Assembly: GCA_964016885.1 (NCBI GenBank)
Contig: OZ024750.1
Span: 40,982,001 to 41,046,000, forward strand
Reading direction: 5' to 3'
Source: Eledone cirrhosa
Lineage: Eukaryota
DNA: 64,000 bases
Part shown: one piece after another, positions 33,301-48,300 of the stretch
Layout of the letters: every line of letters starts with the position of its first letter
Position numbering within the stretch: the stretch's first letter is position 1
Notes under the pieces: generated by a model
What the model was told of the DNA's origin: nothing
The model's database searches: none
The model's input: the letters and a program-made list of their open reading frames with translations, nothing else
Translations under genes and position numbers: made by a program

Positions 33301-36300
33301 ACCTCAAATTGTTAAGACCGGCAGAAGTGATAAGACCAAACCTCAAATTGCTAAGACTGGCAGAAGTGGTAAGACCTAACCTCAAATTGTTAAGACTGGC
33401 AGAGGTGGTAAGACCTAACCTCAAATTGCTAAGACTGACAGAAGTGGTAAGACCTAACCTCAAATTGCTAAGACTGGCAGAAGTGATAAGAGCTAACCTC
33501 AAATTGCTAAGACTGGCAGAGTTGGTAAGACCTAACCTCAAATTGCTAAGACCGGCAAAGGTGGTAAGACCTAACCTCAAATTGCTAAGACCGGCAAAGG
33601 TGGTAAGACCTAACCTCAAATTGCTAAGACTGGCAGAAGTGGTAAGACCTAACCTCAAATTGTTAAGATTGGCAGAGGTGGTAAGACGAAACCTCAAATT
33701 GCTAAGACTGGCAGAAGTGATAAGACGAAACCTCAAATTGCTAAGACTGGCAGAAGTGGTAAGACCTAACCTCAAATTGTTAAGACTGGCAGAAGTGGTA
33801 AGACCTAACCTCAAATTGCTAAGACTGGCAGAAGTGGTAAGACCTAACCTCAAATTGCTAAGACTGGCAGAAGTGATAAGAGCTAACCTCAAATTGCTAA
33901 GACTGGCAGATGTGGTAAGACCTAACCTCAAATTGCTAAGACCGGCAAAGGTGGTAAGACCTAACCTCAAATTGCTAAGACCGGCAAAGGTGGTAAGACC
34001 TAAGCTCAAATTGCTAAGACTGGCAGAAGTGATAAGAGCTAACCTCAAATTGCTAAGACTGGCAGCTGTGGTAAGACCTAACCTCAAATTGCTAAGACTG
34101 GCAGAGGAGGTAAGACCTAACCTCAAATTGCTAAGACTGGCAGAAGTGGTAAGACCTAACCTCAAATTGCTAAGACTGGCAGAAGTGGTAAGACCTAACC
34201 TCAAATTGCTAAGACTGGCAGAGGTGGTAAGACCTAACCTCAAATTGCTAAGACTGGCAGAGGTGGTAAGACCTAACCTCAAATTATTAAGACTGGCAGA
34301 AGTGGTAAGACCTAACCTCAAATTGTTAAGACTGGCAGAGGAGGTAAGACCTAACCTCAAATTACTAAGACTGGCAGAAGTAATAAGAGCTAACCTCAAA
34401 TTATTAAGACTGGCAGAAGTGGTAAGACCTAACCTCAAATTGCTAAGACTGGCAGAAGTGGTAAGACCTAACCTCTAATTGCTAAGACTGGCAGAAGTGG
34501 TAAGACCTAACCTCAAATTGCTAAGACTGGCAGAGGAGGTAAGACCTAACCTCAAATTGCTAAGACTGGCAGAAGTGGTAAGACCTAACCTCAAATTGCT
34601 AAGACTGGCAGAAGTGGTAAGACCTAACCTCAAATTGCTAAGACTGGCAGAGGTGGTAAGACCTAACCTCAAATTGCTAAGACTGGCAGAGGTGGTAAGA
34701 CCTAACCTCAAATTGCTAAGACTGGCAGAAGTGGTAAGACCTAACCTCAAATTACTAAGACTGGCAGAAGTAATAAGAGCTAACCTCAAATTATTAAGAC
34801 TGGCAGAAGTGGTAAGACCTAACCTCAAATTGCTAAGACTGGCAGAAGTGGTAAGACCTAACCTCAAATTGCTAAGACTGGCAGAAGTGGTAAGACCTAA
34901 CCTCAAATTGCTAAGACTGGCAGAGGAGGTAAGACCTAACCTCAAATTGCTAAGACTGGCAGAAGTGGTAAACCTAACCTCAAATTGCTAAGACTGGCAG
35001 AAGTGGTAAGACCTAACCTCAAATTGCTAAGACTGGCAGAGGTGGTAAGACCTAACCTCAAATTGCTAAGACTGGCAGAGGTGGTAAGACCTAACCTCAA
35101 ATTGCTAAGACTGGCAGAGGTGGTAAGACCTAACCTCAAATTATTAAGACCGGCAGAAGTGATAAGACCAAACCTCAAATTGCTAAGACTGGCAGAAGTG
35201 GTAAGACCTAACCTCAAATTGTTAAGACTGGCAGAGGTGGTAAGACCTAACCTCAAATTGCTAAGACTGACAGAAGTGGTAAGACCTAACCTCAAATTGC
35301 TAAGACTGGCAGAGGAGGTAAGACCTAACCTCAAATTGCTAAGAATGGCAGAAGTGGTAAGACCTAACCTCAAATTGCTAAGACTGGCAGAAGTGGTAAG
35401 ACCTAACCTCAAATTGCTAAGACTGGCAGAGTTGGTAAGACCTAACCTCAAATTGCTAAGACCGGCAAAGGTGGTAAGACCTAACCTCAAATTGCTAAGA
35501 CCGGCAAAGGTGGTAAGACCTAACCTCAAATTGCTAAGACTGGCAGAAGTGGTAAGACCTAACCTCAAATTGTTAAGATTGGCAGAGGTGGTAAGACCAA
35601 ACCTCAAATTGCTAAGACTGGCAGAAGTGATAAGACGAAACCTCAAATTGCTAAGACTGGCAGAAGTGGTAAGACCTAACCTCAAATTGTTAAGACTGGC
35701 AGAAGTGGTAAGACCTAACCTCAAATTGCTAAGACTGGCAGAAGTGGTAAGACCTAACCTCAAATTGCTAAGACTGGCAGAAGTGATAAGAGCTAACCTC
35801 AAATTGCTAAGACTGGCAGATGTGGTAAGACCTAACCTCAAATTGTTAAGACTGGCAGAAGTGATAAGACCAAACCTCAAATTGCTAAGACTGGCAGAGG
35901 TGGTAAGACCAAACCTCAAATTGCTAAGACTGGCAGAAGTGGTAAGACCTAACCTCAAATTATTAAGACTGGCAGAAGTGGTAAGACCTAACCTCAAATT
36001 GCTAAGACTGGCAGAGGTGGTAAGACCTAACCTCAAATTGCTAAGACCGGCAAAGGTGGTAAGACCTAACCTCAAATTGCTAAGACCGGCAAAGGTGGTA
36101 AGACCTAACCTCAAATTGCTAAGACCGGCAAAGGTGGTAAGACCTAACCTCAAATTGCTAAGACTGGCAGAAGTGATAAGAGCTAACCTCAAATTGCTAA
36201 GACTGGCAGCTGTGGTAAGACCTAACCTCAAATTGCTAAGACTGGCAGAGGAGGTAAGACCTAACCTCAAATTGCTAAGACTGGCAGAAGTGGTAAGACC

Positions 36301-39300
36301 TAACCTCAAATTGCTAAGACTGGCAGAAGTGGTAAGACCTAACCTCAAATTGCTAAGACTGGCAGAGGTGGTAAGACCTAACCTCAAATTGCTAAGACTG
36401 GCAGAGGTGGTAAGACCTAACCTCAAATTGCTAAGACTGGCAGAGGTGGTAAGACCTAACCTCAAATTGTTAAGACTTGCAGAAGTGATAAGACCAAACC
36501 TCAAATTGCTAAGACTGGCAGAAGTGGTAAGACCTAACCTCAAATTGTTAAGACTGGCAGAGGTGGTAAGACCTAACCTCAAATTGCTAAGACTGACAGA
36601 AGTGGTAAGACCTAACCTCAAATTGCTAAGACTGGCAGAGGTGGTAAGACCTAACCTCAAATTGCTAAGACTGGCAGAAGTGGTAAGACCTAACCTCAAA
36701 TTGCTAAGACTGGCAGAAGTGGTAAGACCTAACCTCAAATTGCTAAGACTGGCAGAAGTGGTAAGACCTAACCTCAAATTGCTAAGACTGGCAGAGGAGG
36801 TAAGACCTAACCTCAAATTGCTAAGACTGGCAGAAGTGGTAAACCTAACCTCAAATTGCTAAGACTGGCAGAAGTGGTAAGACCTAACCTCAAATTGCTA
36901 TGACTGGCAGAGGTGGTAAGACCTAACCTCAAATTGCTAAGACTGGCAGAGGTGGTAAGACCTAACCTCAAATTGCTAAGACTGGCAGAGGTGGTAAGAC
37001 CTAACCTCAAATTGTTAAGACCGGCAGAAGTGATAAGACCAAACCTCAAATTGCTAAGACTGGCAGAAGTGGTAAGACCTAACCTCAAATTGTTAAGACT
37101 GGCAGAGGTGGTAAGACCTAACCTCAAATTGCTAAGACTGACAGAAGTGGTAAGACCTAACCTCAAATTGCTAAGACTGGCAGAAGTGATAAGAGCTAAC
37201 CTCAAATTGCTAAGACTGGCAGAAGTGATAAGACGAAACCTCAAATTGCTAAGACTGGCAGATGTGGTAAGACCTAACCTCAAATTGCTAAGACTGGCAG
37301 AGGAGGTAAGACCTAACCTCAAATTGCTAAGACTGGCAGAAGTGGTAAGACCTAACCTCAAATTGTTAAGACTGGCAGAAGTGGTAAGACCTAACCTCAA
37401 ATTGTTAAGACTGGCAGAGGTGGTAAGACCTAACCTCAAATTGCTAAGACTGGCAGAAGTGGTAAGACCTAACCTCAAATTGTTAAGACTGGCAGAAGTG
37501 GTAAGACCTAACCTCAAATTGTTAAGACTGGCAGAGGTGGTAAGACCAAACCTCAAATTGCTAAGACTGGCAGAAGTGATAAGACGAAACCTCAAATTGC
37601 TAAGACTGGCAGAAGTGGTAAGACCTAACCTCAAATTGCTAAGACTGGCAGAGGTGGTAAGACCTAACCTCAAATTGCTAAGACTGGCAAAGGTGGTAAG
37701 ACCTAACCTCAAATTACTAAGACAGGCAGAAGTGATAAGAGCTAACCTCAAATTGCTAAGACTGGCAGATGTGGTAAGACCTAACCTCAAATTGCTAAGA
37801 CTGGCAGAGGAGGTAAGACCTAACCTCAAATTGCTAAGACTGGCAGAAGTGGTAAGACCTAACCTCAAATTGCTAAGCCTGGCAGAAGTGATAAGAGCTA
37901 ACCTCAAATTGCTAAGACTGGCAGATGTGGTAAGACCTAACCTCAAATTGTTAAGACTGGCAGAGGTGATAAGACCAAACCTCAAATTGCTAAGACTGGC
38001 AGAGGTGGTAAGACCTAACCTCAAATTATTAAGACTGGCAGAAGTGGTAAGACCTAACCTCAAATTGCTAAGACTGGCAGAAGTGGTAAGACCTAACCTC
38101 AAATTATTAAGACTGACAGAAGTGGTAAGACCTAACCTCAAATTGCTAAGACTGGCAGAAGTGATAAGAGCTAACCTCAAATTGCTAAGACTGGCAGAGT
38201 TGGTAAGACCTAACCTCAAATTGCTAAGACCGGCAAAGGTGGTAAGACCTAACCTCAAATTGCTAAGACCGGCAAAGGTGGTAAGACCTAACCTCAAATT
38301 GCTAAGACTGGCAGAAGTGGTAAGACCTAACCTCAAATTGTTAAGACTGGCAGAGGTGGTAAGACCAAACCTCAAATTGCTAAGACTGGCAGAAGTGATA
38401 AGACGAAACCTCAAATTGCTAAGACTGGCAGAAGTGGTAAGACCTAACCTCAAATTGTTAAGACTGGCAGAAGTGGTAAGACCTAACCTCAAATTGTTAA
38501 GACTGGCAGAGGTGGTAAGACCAAACCTCAAATTGCTAAGACTGGCAGAAGTGGTAAGACCTAACCTCAAATTGCTAAGACTGGCAGAGGTGGTAAGACC
38601 TAACCTCAAATTGCTAAGACTGGCAAAGGTGGTAAGACCTAAACTCAAATTGCTAAGACCGGCAAAGGTGGTAAGACCTAACCGCAAATTACTAAGACTG
38701 GCAGAAGTGATAAGAGCTAACCTCAAATTGCTAAGACTGGCAGATGTGGTAAGACCTAACCTCAAATTGCTAAGACTGGCAGAAGTGGTAAGACCTAACC
38801 TCAAATTGCTAAGCCTGGCAGAAGTGATAAGAGCTAACCTCAAATTGCTAAGACTGGCAGATGTGGTAAGACCTAACCTCAAATTGTTAAGACTGGCAGA
38901 GGTGATAAGACCAAACCTCAAATTGCTAAGACTGGCAGAGGTGGTAAGACCTAACCTCAAATTATTAAGACTGGCAGAAGTGGTAAGACCTAACCTCAAA
39001 TTGCTAAGACTGGCAGAAGTGGTAAGACCTAACCTCAAATTGTTAAGACTGGCAGAGGAGGTAAGACCTAACCTCAAATTACTAAGACTGGCAGAAGTAA
39101 TAAGAGCTAACCTCAAATTATTAAGACTGGCAGAAGTGGTAAGACCTAACCTCAAATTGCTAAGACTGGCAGAAGTGGTAAGACCTAACCTCAAATTGCT
39201 AAGACTGGCAGAAGTGGTAAGACCTAACCTCAAATTGCTAAGACTGGCAGAGGAGGTAAGACCTAACCTCAAATTGCTAAGACTGGCAGAAGTGGTAAAC

Positions 39301-42300
39301 CTAACCTCAAATTGCTAAGACTGGCAGAAGTGGTAAGACCTAACCTCAAATTGCTAAGACTGGCAGAGGTGGTAAGACCTAACCTCAAATTGCTAAGACT
39401 GGCAGAGGTGGTAAGACCTAACCTCAAATTGCTAAGATTGGCAGAGGTGGTAAGACCAAACCTCAAATTGCTAAGACTGGCAGAAGTGATAAGACGAAAC
39501 CTCAAATTGCTAAGACTGGCAGAAGTGGTAAGACCTAACCTCAAATTGTTAAGACTGGCAGAAGTGGTAAGACCTAACCTCAAATTGCTAAGACTGGCAG
39601 AAGTGGTAAGACCTAACCTCAAATTGCTAAGACTGGCAGAAGTGATAAGAGCTAACCTCAAATTGCTAAGACTGGCAGATGTGGTAAGACCTAACCTCAA
39701 ATTGTTAAGACTGGCAGAAGTGATAAGACCAAACCTCAAATTGCTAAGACTGGCAGAGGTGGTAAGACCAAACCTCAAATTGCTAAGACTGGCAGAAGTG
39801 GTAAGACCTAACCTCAAATTATTAAGACTGGCAGAAGTGGTAAGACCTAACCTCAAATTGCTAAGACTGGCAGAGGTGGTAAGACCTAACCTCAAATTGC
39901 TAAGACCGGCAAAGGTGGTAAGACCTAACCTCAAATTGCTAAGACCAGCAAAGGTGGTAAGACCTAACCTCAAATTGCTAAGACCGGCAAAGGTGGTAAG
40001 ACCTAACCTCAAATTGCTAAGACTGGCAGAAGTGATAAGAGCTAACCTCAAATTGCTAAGACTGGCAGCTGTGGTAAGACCTAACCTCAAATTGCTAAGA
40101 CTGGCAGAGGAGGTAAGACCTAACCTCAAATTGCTAAGACTGGCAGAAGTGGTAAGACCTAACCTCAAATTGCTAAGACTGGCAGAAGTGGTAAGACCTA
40201 ACCTCAAATTGCTAAGACTGGCAGAGGTGGTAAGACCTAACCTCAAATTGCTAAGACTGGCAGAGGTGGTAAGACCTAACCTCAAATTATTAAGACTGGC
40301 AGAAGTAGTAAGACCTAACCTCAAATTGCTAAGACTGGCAGAAGTGGTAAGACCTAACCTCAAATTGTTAAGACTGGCAGAGGAGGTAAGACGTAACCTC
40401 AAATTACTAAGACTGGCAGAAGTAATAAGAGCTAACCTCAAATTATTAAGACTGGCAGAAGTGGTAAGACCTAACCTCAAATTGCTAAGACTGGCAGAAG
40501 TGGTAAGACCTAATCTCAAATTGCTAAGACTGGCAGAAGTGGTAAGACCTAACCTCAAATTGCTAAGACTGGCAGAGGAGGTAAGACCTAACCTCAAATT
40601 GCTAAGACTGGCAGAAGTGGTAAACCTAACCTCAAATTGCTAAGACTGGCAGAAGTGGTAAGACCTAACCTCAAATTGCTAAGACTGGCAGAGGTGGTAA
40701 GACCTAACCTCAAATTGCTAAGACTGGCAGAGGTGGTAAGACCTAACCTCAAATTGCTAAGACTGGCAGAGGTGGTAAGACCTAACCTCAAATTGTTAAG
40801 ACCGGCAGAAGTGATAAGACCAAACCTCAAATTGCTAAGACTGGCAGAAGTGGTAAGACCTAACCTCAAATTGTTAAGACTGGCAGAGGTGGTAAGACCT
40901 AACCTCAAATTGCTAAGACTGACAGAAGTGGTAAGACCTAACCTCAAATTGCTAAGACTGGCAGAAGTGATAAGAGCTAACCTCAAATTGCTAAGACTGG
41001 CAGAGTTGGTAAGACCTAACCTCAAATTGCTAAGACCGGCAAAGGTGGTAAGACCTAACCTCAAATTGCTAAGACCGGCAAAGGTGGTAAGACCTAACCT
41101 CAAATTGCTAAGACTGGCAGAAGTGGTAAGACCTTACCTCAAATTGTTAAGATTGGCAGAGGTGGTAAGACCAAACCTCAAATTGCTAAGACTGGCAGAA
41201 GTGATAAGACGAAACCTCAAATTGCTAAGACTGGCAGAAGTGGTAAGACCTAACCTCAAATTGTTAAGACTGGCAGAAGTGGTAAGACCTAACCTCAAAT
41301 TGCTAAGACTGGCAGAAGTGGTAAGACCTAACCTCAAATTGCTAAGACTGGCAGAAGTGATAAGAGCTAACCTCAAATTGCTAAGACTGGCAGATGTGGT
41401 AAGACCTAACCTCAAATTGTTAAGACTGGCAGAAGTGATAAGACCAAACCTCAAATTGCTAAGACTGGCAGAGGTGGTAAGACCAAACCTCAAATTGCTA
41501 AGACTGGCAGAAGTGGTAAGACCTAACCTCAAATTATTAAGACTGGCAGAAGTGGTAAGACCTAACCTCAAATTGCTAAGACCGGCAAAGGTGGTAAGAC
41601 CTAACCTCAAATTGCTAAGACCGGCAAAGGTGGTAAGACCTAACCTCAAATTGCTAAGACCGGCAAAGGTGGTAAGACCTAACCTCAAATTGCTAAGACT
41701 GGCAGAAGTGATAAGAGCTAACCTCAAATTGCTAAGACTGGCAGCTGTGGTAAGACCTAACCTCAAATTGCTAAGACTGGCAGAGGAGGTAAGACCTAAC
41801 CTCAAATTGCTAAGACTGGCAGAAGTGGTAAGACCTAACCTCAAATTGCTAAGACTGGCAGAAGTGGTAAGACCTAACCTCAAATTGCTAAGACTGGCAG
41901 AGGTGGTAAGACCTAACCTCAAATTGCTAAGACTGGCAGAGGTGGTAAGACCTAACCTCAAATTGCTAAGACTGGCAGAGGTGGTAAGACCTAACCTCAA
42001 ATTGTTAAGACTGGCAGAAGTGATAAGACCAAACCTCAAATTGCTAAGACTGGCAGAAGTGGTAAAACCTAACCTCAAATTGTTAAGACTGGCAGAGGTG
42101 GTAAGACCTAACCTCAAATTGCTAAGACTGACAGAAGTGGTAAGACCTAACCTCAAATTGCTAAGACTGGCAGAGGTGGTAAGACCTAACCTCAAATTGC
42201 TAAGACTGGCAGAAGTGGTAAGACCTAACCTCAAATTGCTAAGACTGGCAGAAGTGGTCAGACCTAACCTCAAATTGCTAAGACTGGCAGAAGTGGTAAG

Positions 42301-45300
42301 ACCTAACCTCAAATTGCTAAGACTGGCAGAGGAGGTAAGACCTAACCTCAAATTGCTAAGACTGGCAGAAGTGGTAAACCTAACCTCAAATTGCTAAGAC
42401 TGGCAGAAGTGGTAAGACCTAACCTCAAATTGCTAAGACTGGCAGAGGTGGTAAGACCTAACCTCAAATTGCTAAGACTGGCAGAGGTGGTAAGACCTAA
42501 CCTCAAATTGCTAAGACTGGCAGAGGTGGTAAGACCTAACCTCAAATTGTTAAGACCGGCAGAAGTGATAAGACCAAACCTCAAATTGCTAAGACTGGCA
42601 GAAGTGGTAAGACCTAACCTCAAATTGTTAAGACTGGCAGAGGTGGTAAGACCTAACCTCAAATTGCTAAGACTGACAGAAGTGGTAAGACCTAACCTCA
42701 AATTGCTAAGACTGGCAGAAGTGATAAGAGCTAACCTCAAATTGCTAAGACTGGCAGAGTTGGTAAGACCTAACCTCAAATTGTTAAGACCGGCAAAGGT
42801 GGTAAGACCTAACCTCAAATTGCTAAGACCGGCAAAGGTGGTAAGACCTAACCTCAAATTGCTAAGACTGGCAGAAGTGGTAAGACCTAACCTCAAATTG
42901 TTAAGATTGGCAGAGGTGGTAAGACCAAACCTCAAATTGCTAAGACTGGCAGAAGTGATAAGACGAAACCTCAAATTGCTAAGACTGGCAGAAGTGGTAA
43001 GACCTAACCTCAAATTGTTAAGACTGGCAGAAGTGGTAAGACCTAACCTCAAATTGCTAAGACTGGCAGAAGTGGTAAGACCTAACCTCAAATTGCTAAG
43101 ACTGGCAGAAGTGATAAGAGCTAACCTCAAATTGCTAAGACTGGCAGATGTGGTAAGACCTAACCTCAAATTGTTAAGACTGGCAGAAGTGATAAGACCA
43201 AACCTCAAATTGCTAAGACTGGCAGAGGTGGTAAGACCAAACCTCAAATTGCTAAGACTGGCAGAAGTGGTAAGACCTAACCTCAAATTATTAAGACTGG
43301 CAGAAGTGGTAAGACCTAACCTCAAATTGCTAAGACTGGCAGAGGTGGTAAGACCTAACCTCAAATTGCTAAGACCGGCAAAGGTGGTAAGACCTAACCT
43401 CAAATTGCTAAGACCGGCAAAGGTGGTAAGACCTAACCTCAAATTGCTAAGACTGGCAGAAGTGATAAGAGCTAACCTCAAATTGCTAAGACTGGCAGCT
43501 GTGGTAAGACCTAACCTCAAATTGCTAAGACTGGCAGAGGAGGTAAGACCTAACCTCAAATTGCTAAGACTGGCAGAAGTGGTAAGACCTAACCTCAAAT
43601 TGCTAAGACTGGCAGAAGTGGTAAGACCTAACCTCAAATTGCTAAGACTGGCAGAGGTGGTAAGACCTAACCTCAAATTGCTAAGACTGGCAGAGGTGGT
43701 AAGACCTAACCTCAAATTGCTAAGACTGGCAGAGGTGGTTAGACCTAACCTCAAATTGTTAAGACTGGCAGAAGTGATAAGACCAAACCTCAAATTGCTA
43801 AGACTGGCAGAAGTGGTAAGACCTAACCTCAAATTGTTAAGACTGGCAGAGGTGGTAAGACCTAACCTCAAATTGCTAAGACTGACAGAAGTGGTAAGAC
43901 CTAACCTCAAATTGCTAAGACTGGCAGAGGTGGTAAGACCTAACCTCAAATTGCTAACACTGGCAGAAGTGGTAAGACCTAACCTCAAATTGCTAAGACT
44001 GGCTGAAGTGGTAAAACCTAACCTCAAATTGCTAAGACTGGCCGAGGTGGTAAGACCTAACCTCAAATTGCTAAGACTGACAGAAGTGGTAAGACCTAAC
44101 CTCAAATTGCTAAGACTGGCAGAGGTGGTAAGACCTAACCTCAAATTGCTAAGACTGGCAGAGTTGGTAAGACCTAACCTCAAATTGCTAAGACCGGCAA
44201 ATGTGGTAAGACCTAACCTCAAATTGCTAAGACCGGCAAAGGTGGTAAGACCTTACCTCAAATTACTAAGACTGGCAGAAGTGATAAGAGCTAACCTCAA
44301 ATCGCTAAGACTGGCAGATGTGGTAAGACCTAACCTCAAATTACTAAGACTGGCAGAGGAGGTAAGACCTAACCTCAAATTGCTAAGACTGGCAGAAGTG
44401 GTAAGACCTAACCTCAAATTGCTAAGACTAGCAGAAGTGATAAGAGCTAACCTCAAATTGCTAAGACTGGCAGAGGTGGTAAGACCAAATCTCAAATTGC
44501 TAAGACTGGCAGAAGTGGTAAGACCTAACCTCAAATTATTAAGACTGGCAGAAGTGGTAAGACCTAACCTCAAATTGCTAAGACTGACAGAAGTGGTAAG
44601 ACCTAACCTCAAATTGCTAAGACTGGCAGAAGTGATAAGAGCTAACCTCAAATTGCTAAGACTGGCAGAGTTGGTAAGACCTAACCTCAAATTGCTAAGA
44701 CCGGCAAAGGTGGTAAGACCTAACCTCAAATTGCTAAGACCGGCAAAGGTGGTAAGACCTAACCTCAAATTGCTAAGACTGGCAGAAGTGGTAAGACCTA
44801 ACCTCAAATTGTTAAGATTGGCAGAGGTGGTAAACCAAACCTCAAATTGCTAAGACTGGCAGAAGTGATAAGACGAAACCTCAAATTGCTAAGACTGGCA
44901 GAAGTGGTAAGACCTAACCTCAAATTGTTAAGACTGGCAGAAGTGGTAAGACCTAACCTCAAATTGCTAAGACTGGCAGAAGTGGTAAGACCTAACCACA
45001 AATTGCTAAGACTGGCAGAAGTGATAAGAGCTAACCTCAAATTGCTAAGACTGGCAGATGTGGTAAGACCTAACCTCAAATTGTTAAGACTGGCAGAAGT
45101 GATAAGACCAAACCTCAAATTGCTAAGACTGGCAGAGGTGGTAAGACCAAACCTCAAATTGCTAAGACTGGCAGAAGTGGTAAGACCTAACCTCAAATTA
45201 TTAAGACTGGCAGAAGTGGTAAGACCTAACCTCAAATTGCTAAGACTGGCAGAGGTGGTAAGACCTAACCTCAAATTGCTAAGACCGGCAAAGGTGGTAA

Positions 45301-48300
45301 GACCTAACCTCAAATTGCTAAGACCGGCAAAGGTGGTAAGACCTAACCTCAAATTGCTAAGACCGGCAAAGGTGGTAAGACCTAACCTCAAATTGCTAAG
45401 ACTGGCAGAAGTGATAAGAGCTAACCTCAAATTGCTAAGACTGGCAGCTGTGGTAAGACCTAACCTCAAATTGCTAAGACTGGCAGAGGAGGTAAGACCT
45501 AACCTCAAATTGCTAAGACTGGCAGAAGTGGTAAGACCTAACCTCAAATTGCTAAGACTGGCAGAAGTGGTAAGACCTAACCTCAAATTGCTAAGACTGG
45601 CAGAGGTGGTAAGACCTAACCTCAAATTGCTAAGACTGGCAGAGGTGGTAAGACCTAACCTCAAATTGCTAAGACTGGCAGAGGTGGTAAGACCTAACCT
45701 CAAATTGTTAAGACTGGCAGAAGTGATAAGACCAAACCTCAAATTGCTAAGACTGGCAGAAGTGGTAAGACCTAACCTCAAATTGTTAAGACTGGCAGAG
45801 GTGGTAAGACCTAACCTCAAATTGCTAAGACTGACAGAAGTGGTAAGACCTAACCTCAAATTGCTAAGACTGGCAGAGGTGGTAAGACCTAACCTCAAAT
45901 TGCTAACACTGGCAGAAGTGGTAAGACCTAACCTCAAATTGCTAAGACTGGCTGAAGTGGTAAAACCTAACCTCAAATTGCTAAGACTGGCCGAGGTGGT
46001 AAGACCTAACCTCAAATTGCTAAGACTGACAGAAGTGGTAAGACCTAACCTCAAATTGCTAAGACTGGCAGAGGTGGTAAGACCTAACCTCAAATTGCTA
46101 AGACTGGCAGAGTTGGTAAGACCTAACCTCAAATTGCTAAGACCGGCAAATGTGGTAAGACCTAACCTCAAATTGCTAAGACCGGCAAAGGTGGTAAGAC
46201 CTTACCTCAAATTACTAAGACTGGCAGAAGTGATAAGAGCTAACCTCAAATCGCTAAGACTGGCAGATGTGGTAAGACCTAACCTCAAATTGCTAAGACT
46301 GGCAGAGGAGGTAAGACCTAACCTCAAATTGCTAAGACTGGCAGAAGTGGTAAGACCTAACCTCAAATTGCTAAGACTAGCAGAAGTGATAAGAGCTAAC
46401 CTCAAATTGCTAAGACTGGCAGAGGTGGTAAGACCAAACCTCAAATTGCTAAGACTGGCAGAAGTGGTAAGACCTAACCTCAAATTATTAAGACTGGCAG
46501 AAGTGGTAAGACCTAACCTCAAATTGCTAAGACTGGCAGAAGTGGTAAGACCTAACCTCAAATTGCTAAGACTGACAGAAGTGGTAAGACCTAACCTCAA
46601 ATTGCTAAGACTGGCAGAGGTGGTAAGACCTAACCTCAAATTGCTACGACTGGCAGAAGTGGTAAGACCTAACCTCAAATTGCTAAGACTGGCAGAGGTG
46701 GTAAGACCTAACATCAAATTGCTAAGACTGACAGAAGTGGTAAGACCTAACCTCAAATTGCTAAGACTGGCAGAGGTGGTAAGACCTAACCTCAAATTGC
46801 TAAGACTGGCAGAGGTGGTAAGACCTAACCTCAAATTGCTAAGACTGGCAAAGTTGGTAAGACCTAACCTCAAATTGCTAAGACCGTCAAAGGTGGTAAG
46901 ACCTAACCTCAAATTGCTAAGACTGGCAGAAGTGATAAGAGCTAACCTCAAATTGCTAAGACTGGCAGATGTGGTAAGACCTAACCTCAAATTGCTAAGA
47001 CTGGCAGAGGAGGTAAGACCTAACCTCAAATTGCGAAGACTGGCAGAAGTGGTAAGACCTAACCTCAAATTGCTAAGACTGGCAGAAGTGGTAAGACCTA
47101 ACCTCAAAAGGCTAAGACTGGCAGAAGTGGTAAAACCTAACCTCAAATTGCTAAGACTGGCAGAATTGGTAAGACCTAACCTCAAATTGCTAAGACCGGC
47201 AAAGGTGGTAAGACCTAACCTCAAATTACTAAGACTGGCAGAAGTAATAAGAGCTAACCTCAAATTGCTAAGACTGGCAGATGTGGTAAGACCTAACCTC
47301 AAATTGCTAAGACTGGCAGAGGAGGTAAGACCTAACCTCAAATTGCTAAGACTGGCAGAAGTGGTAAGACCTAACCTCAAATTGCTAAGACTGGCAGAAG
47401 TGGTAAGACCTGACCTCAAATTGCTAAGACTGGCAGAAGTGATAAGAGCTAACCTCAAATTGCTAAGACTGGCAGATGTGGTAAGACCTAACCTCAAATT
47501 GTTAAGACTGGCAGAAGTGATAAGACCAAACCTCAAATTGCTAAGACTGGCAGAGGTGGTAAGACCAAACCTCAAATTGCTAAGACTGGCAGAAGTGGTA
47601 AGACCTAACCTCAAATTATTAAGACTGGCAGAAGTGGTAAGACCTAACCTCAAATTGCTAAGACTGGCAGAGGTGGTAAGACCTAACCTCAAATTGCTAA
47701 GACCGGCAAAGGTGGTAAGACCTAACCTCAAATTGCTAAGACCGGCAAAGGTGGTAAGACCTAACCTCAAATTACTAAGACTGGCAGAAGTGATAAGAGC
47801 TAACCTCAAATTGCTAAGACTGGCAGATGTGGTAAGACCTAACCTCAAATTGCTAAGACTGGCAGAGGAGGTAAGACCTAACCTCAAATTGCTAAGACTG
47901 GCAGAAGTGGTAAGACCTAACCTCAAATTGCTAAGCCTGGCAGAAGTGATAAGAGCTAACCTCAAATTGCTAAGACTGGCAGATGTGGTAAGACCTAACC
48001 TCAAATTGTTAAGACTGGCAGAGGTGATAAGACCAAACCTCAAATTGCTAAGACTGGCAGAGGTGGTAAGACCAAACCTCAAATTGCTAAGACTGGCAGA
48101 AGTGGTAAGACCAAACCTCAAATTATTAAGACTGGCAGAAGTGGTAAGACCTAACCTCAAATTGCTAAGACTGGCAGAAGTGGTAAGAGCTAACCTCAAA
48201 TTGCTAAGACTGACAGAAGTGGTAAGACCTAACCTCAAATTGCTAAGACTGGCAGAGGTGGTAAGACCTAACCTCAAATTGCTAAGACTGGCAGAAGTGG

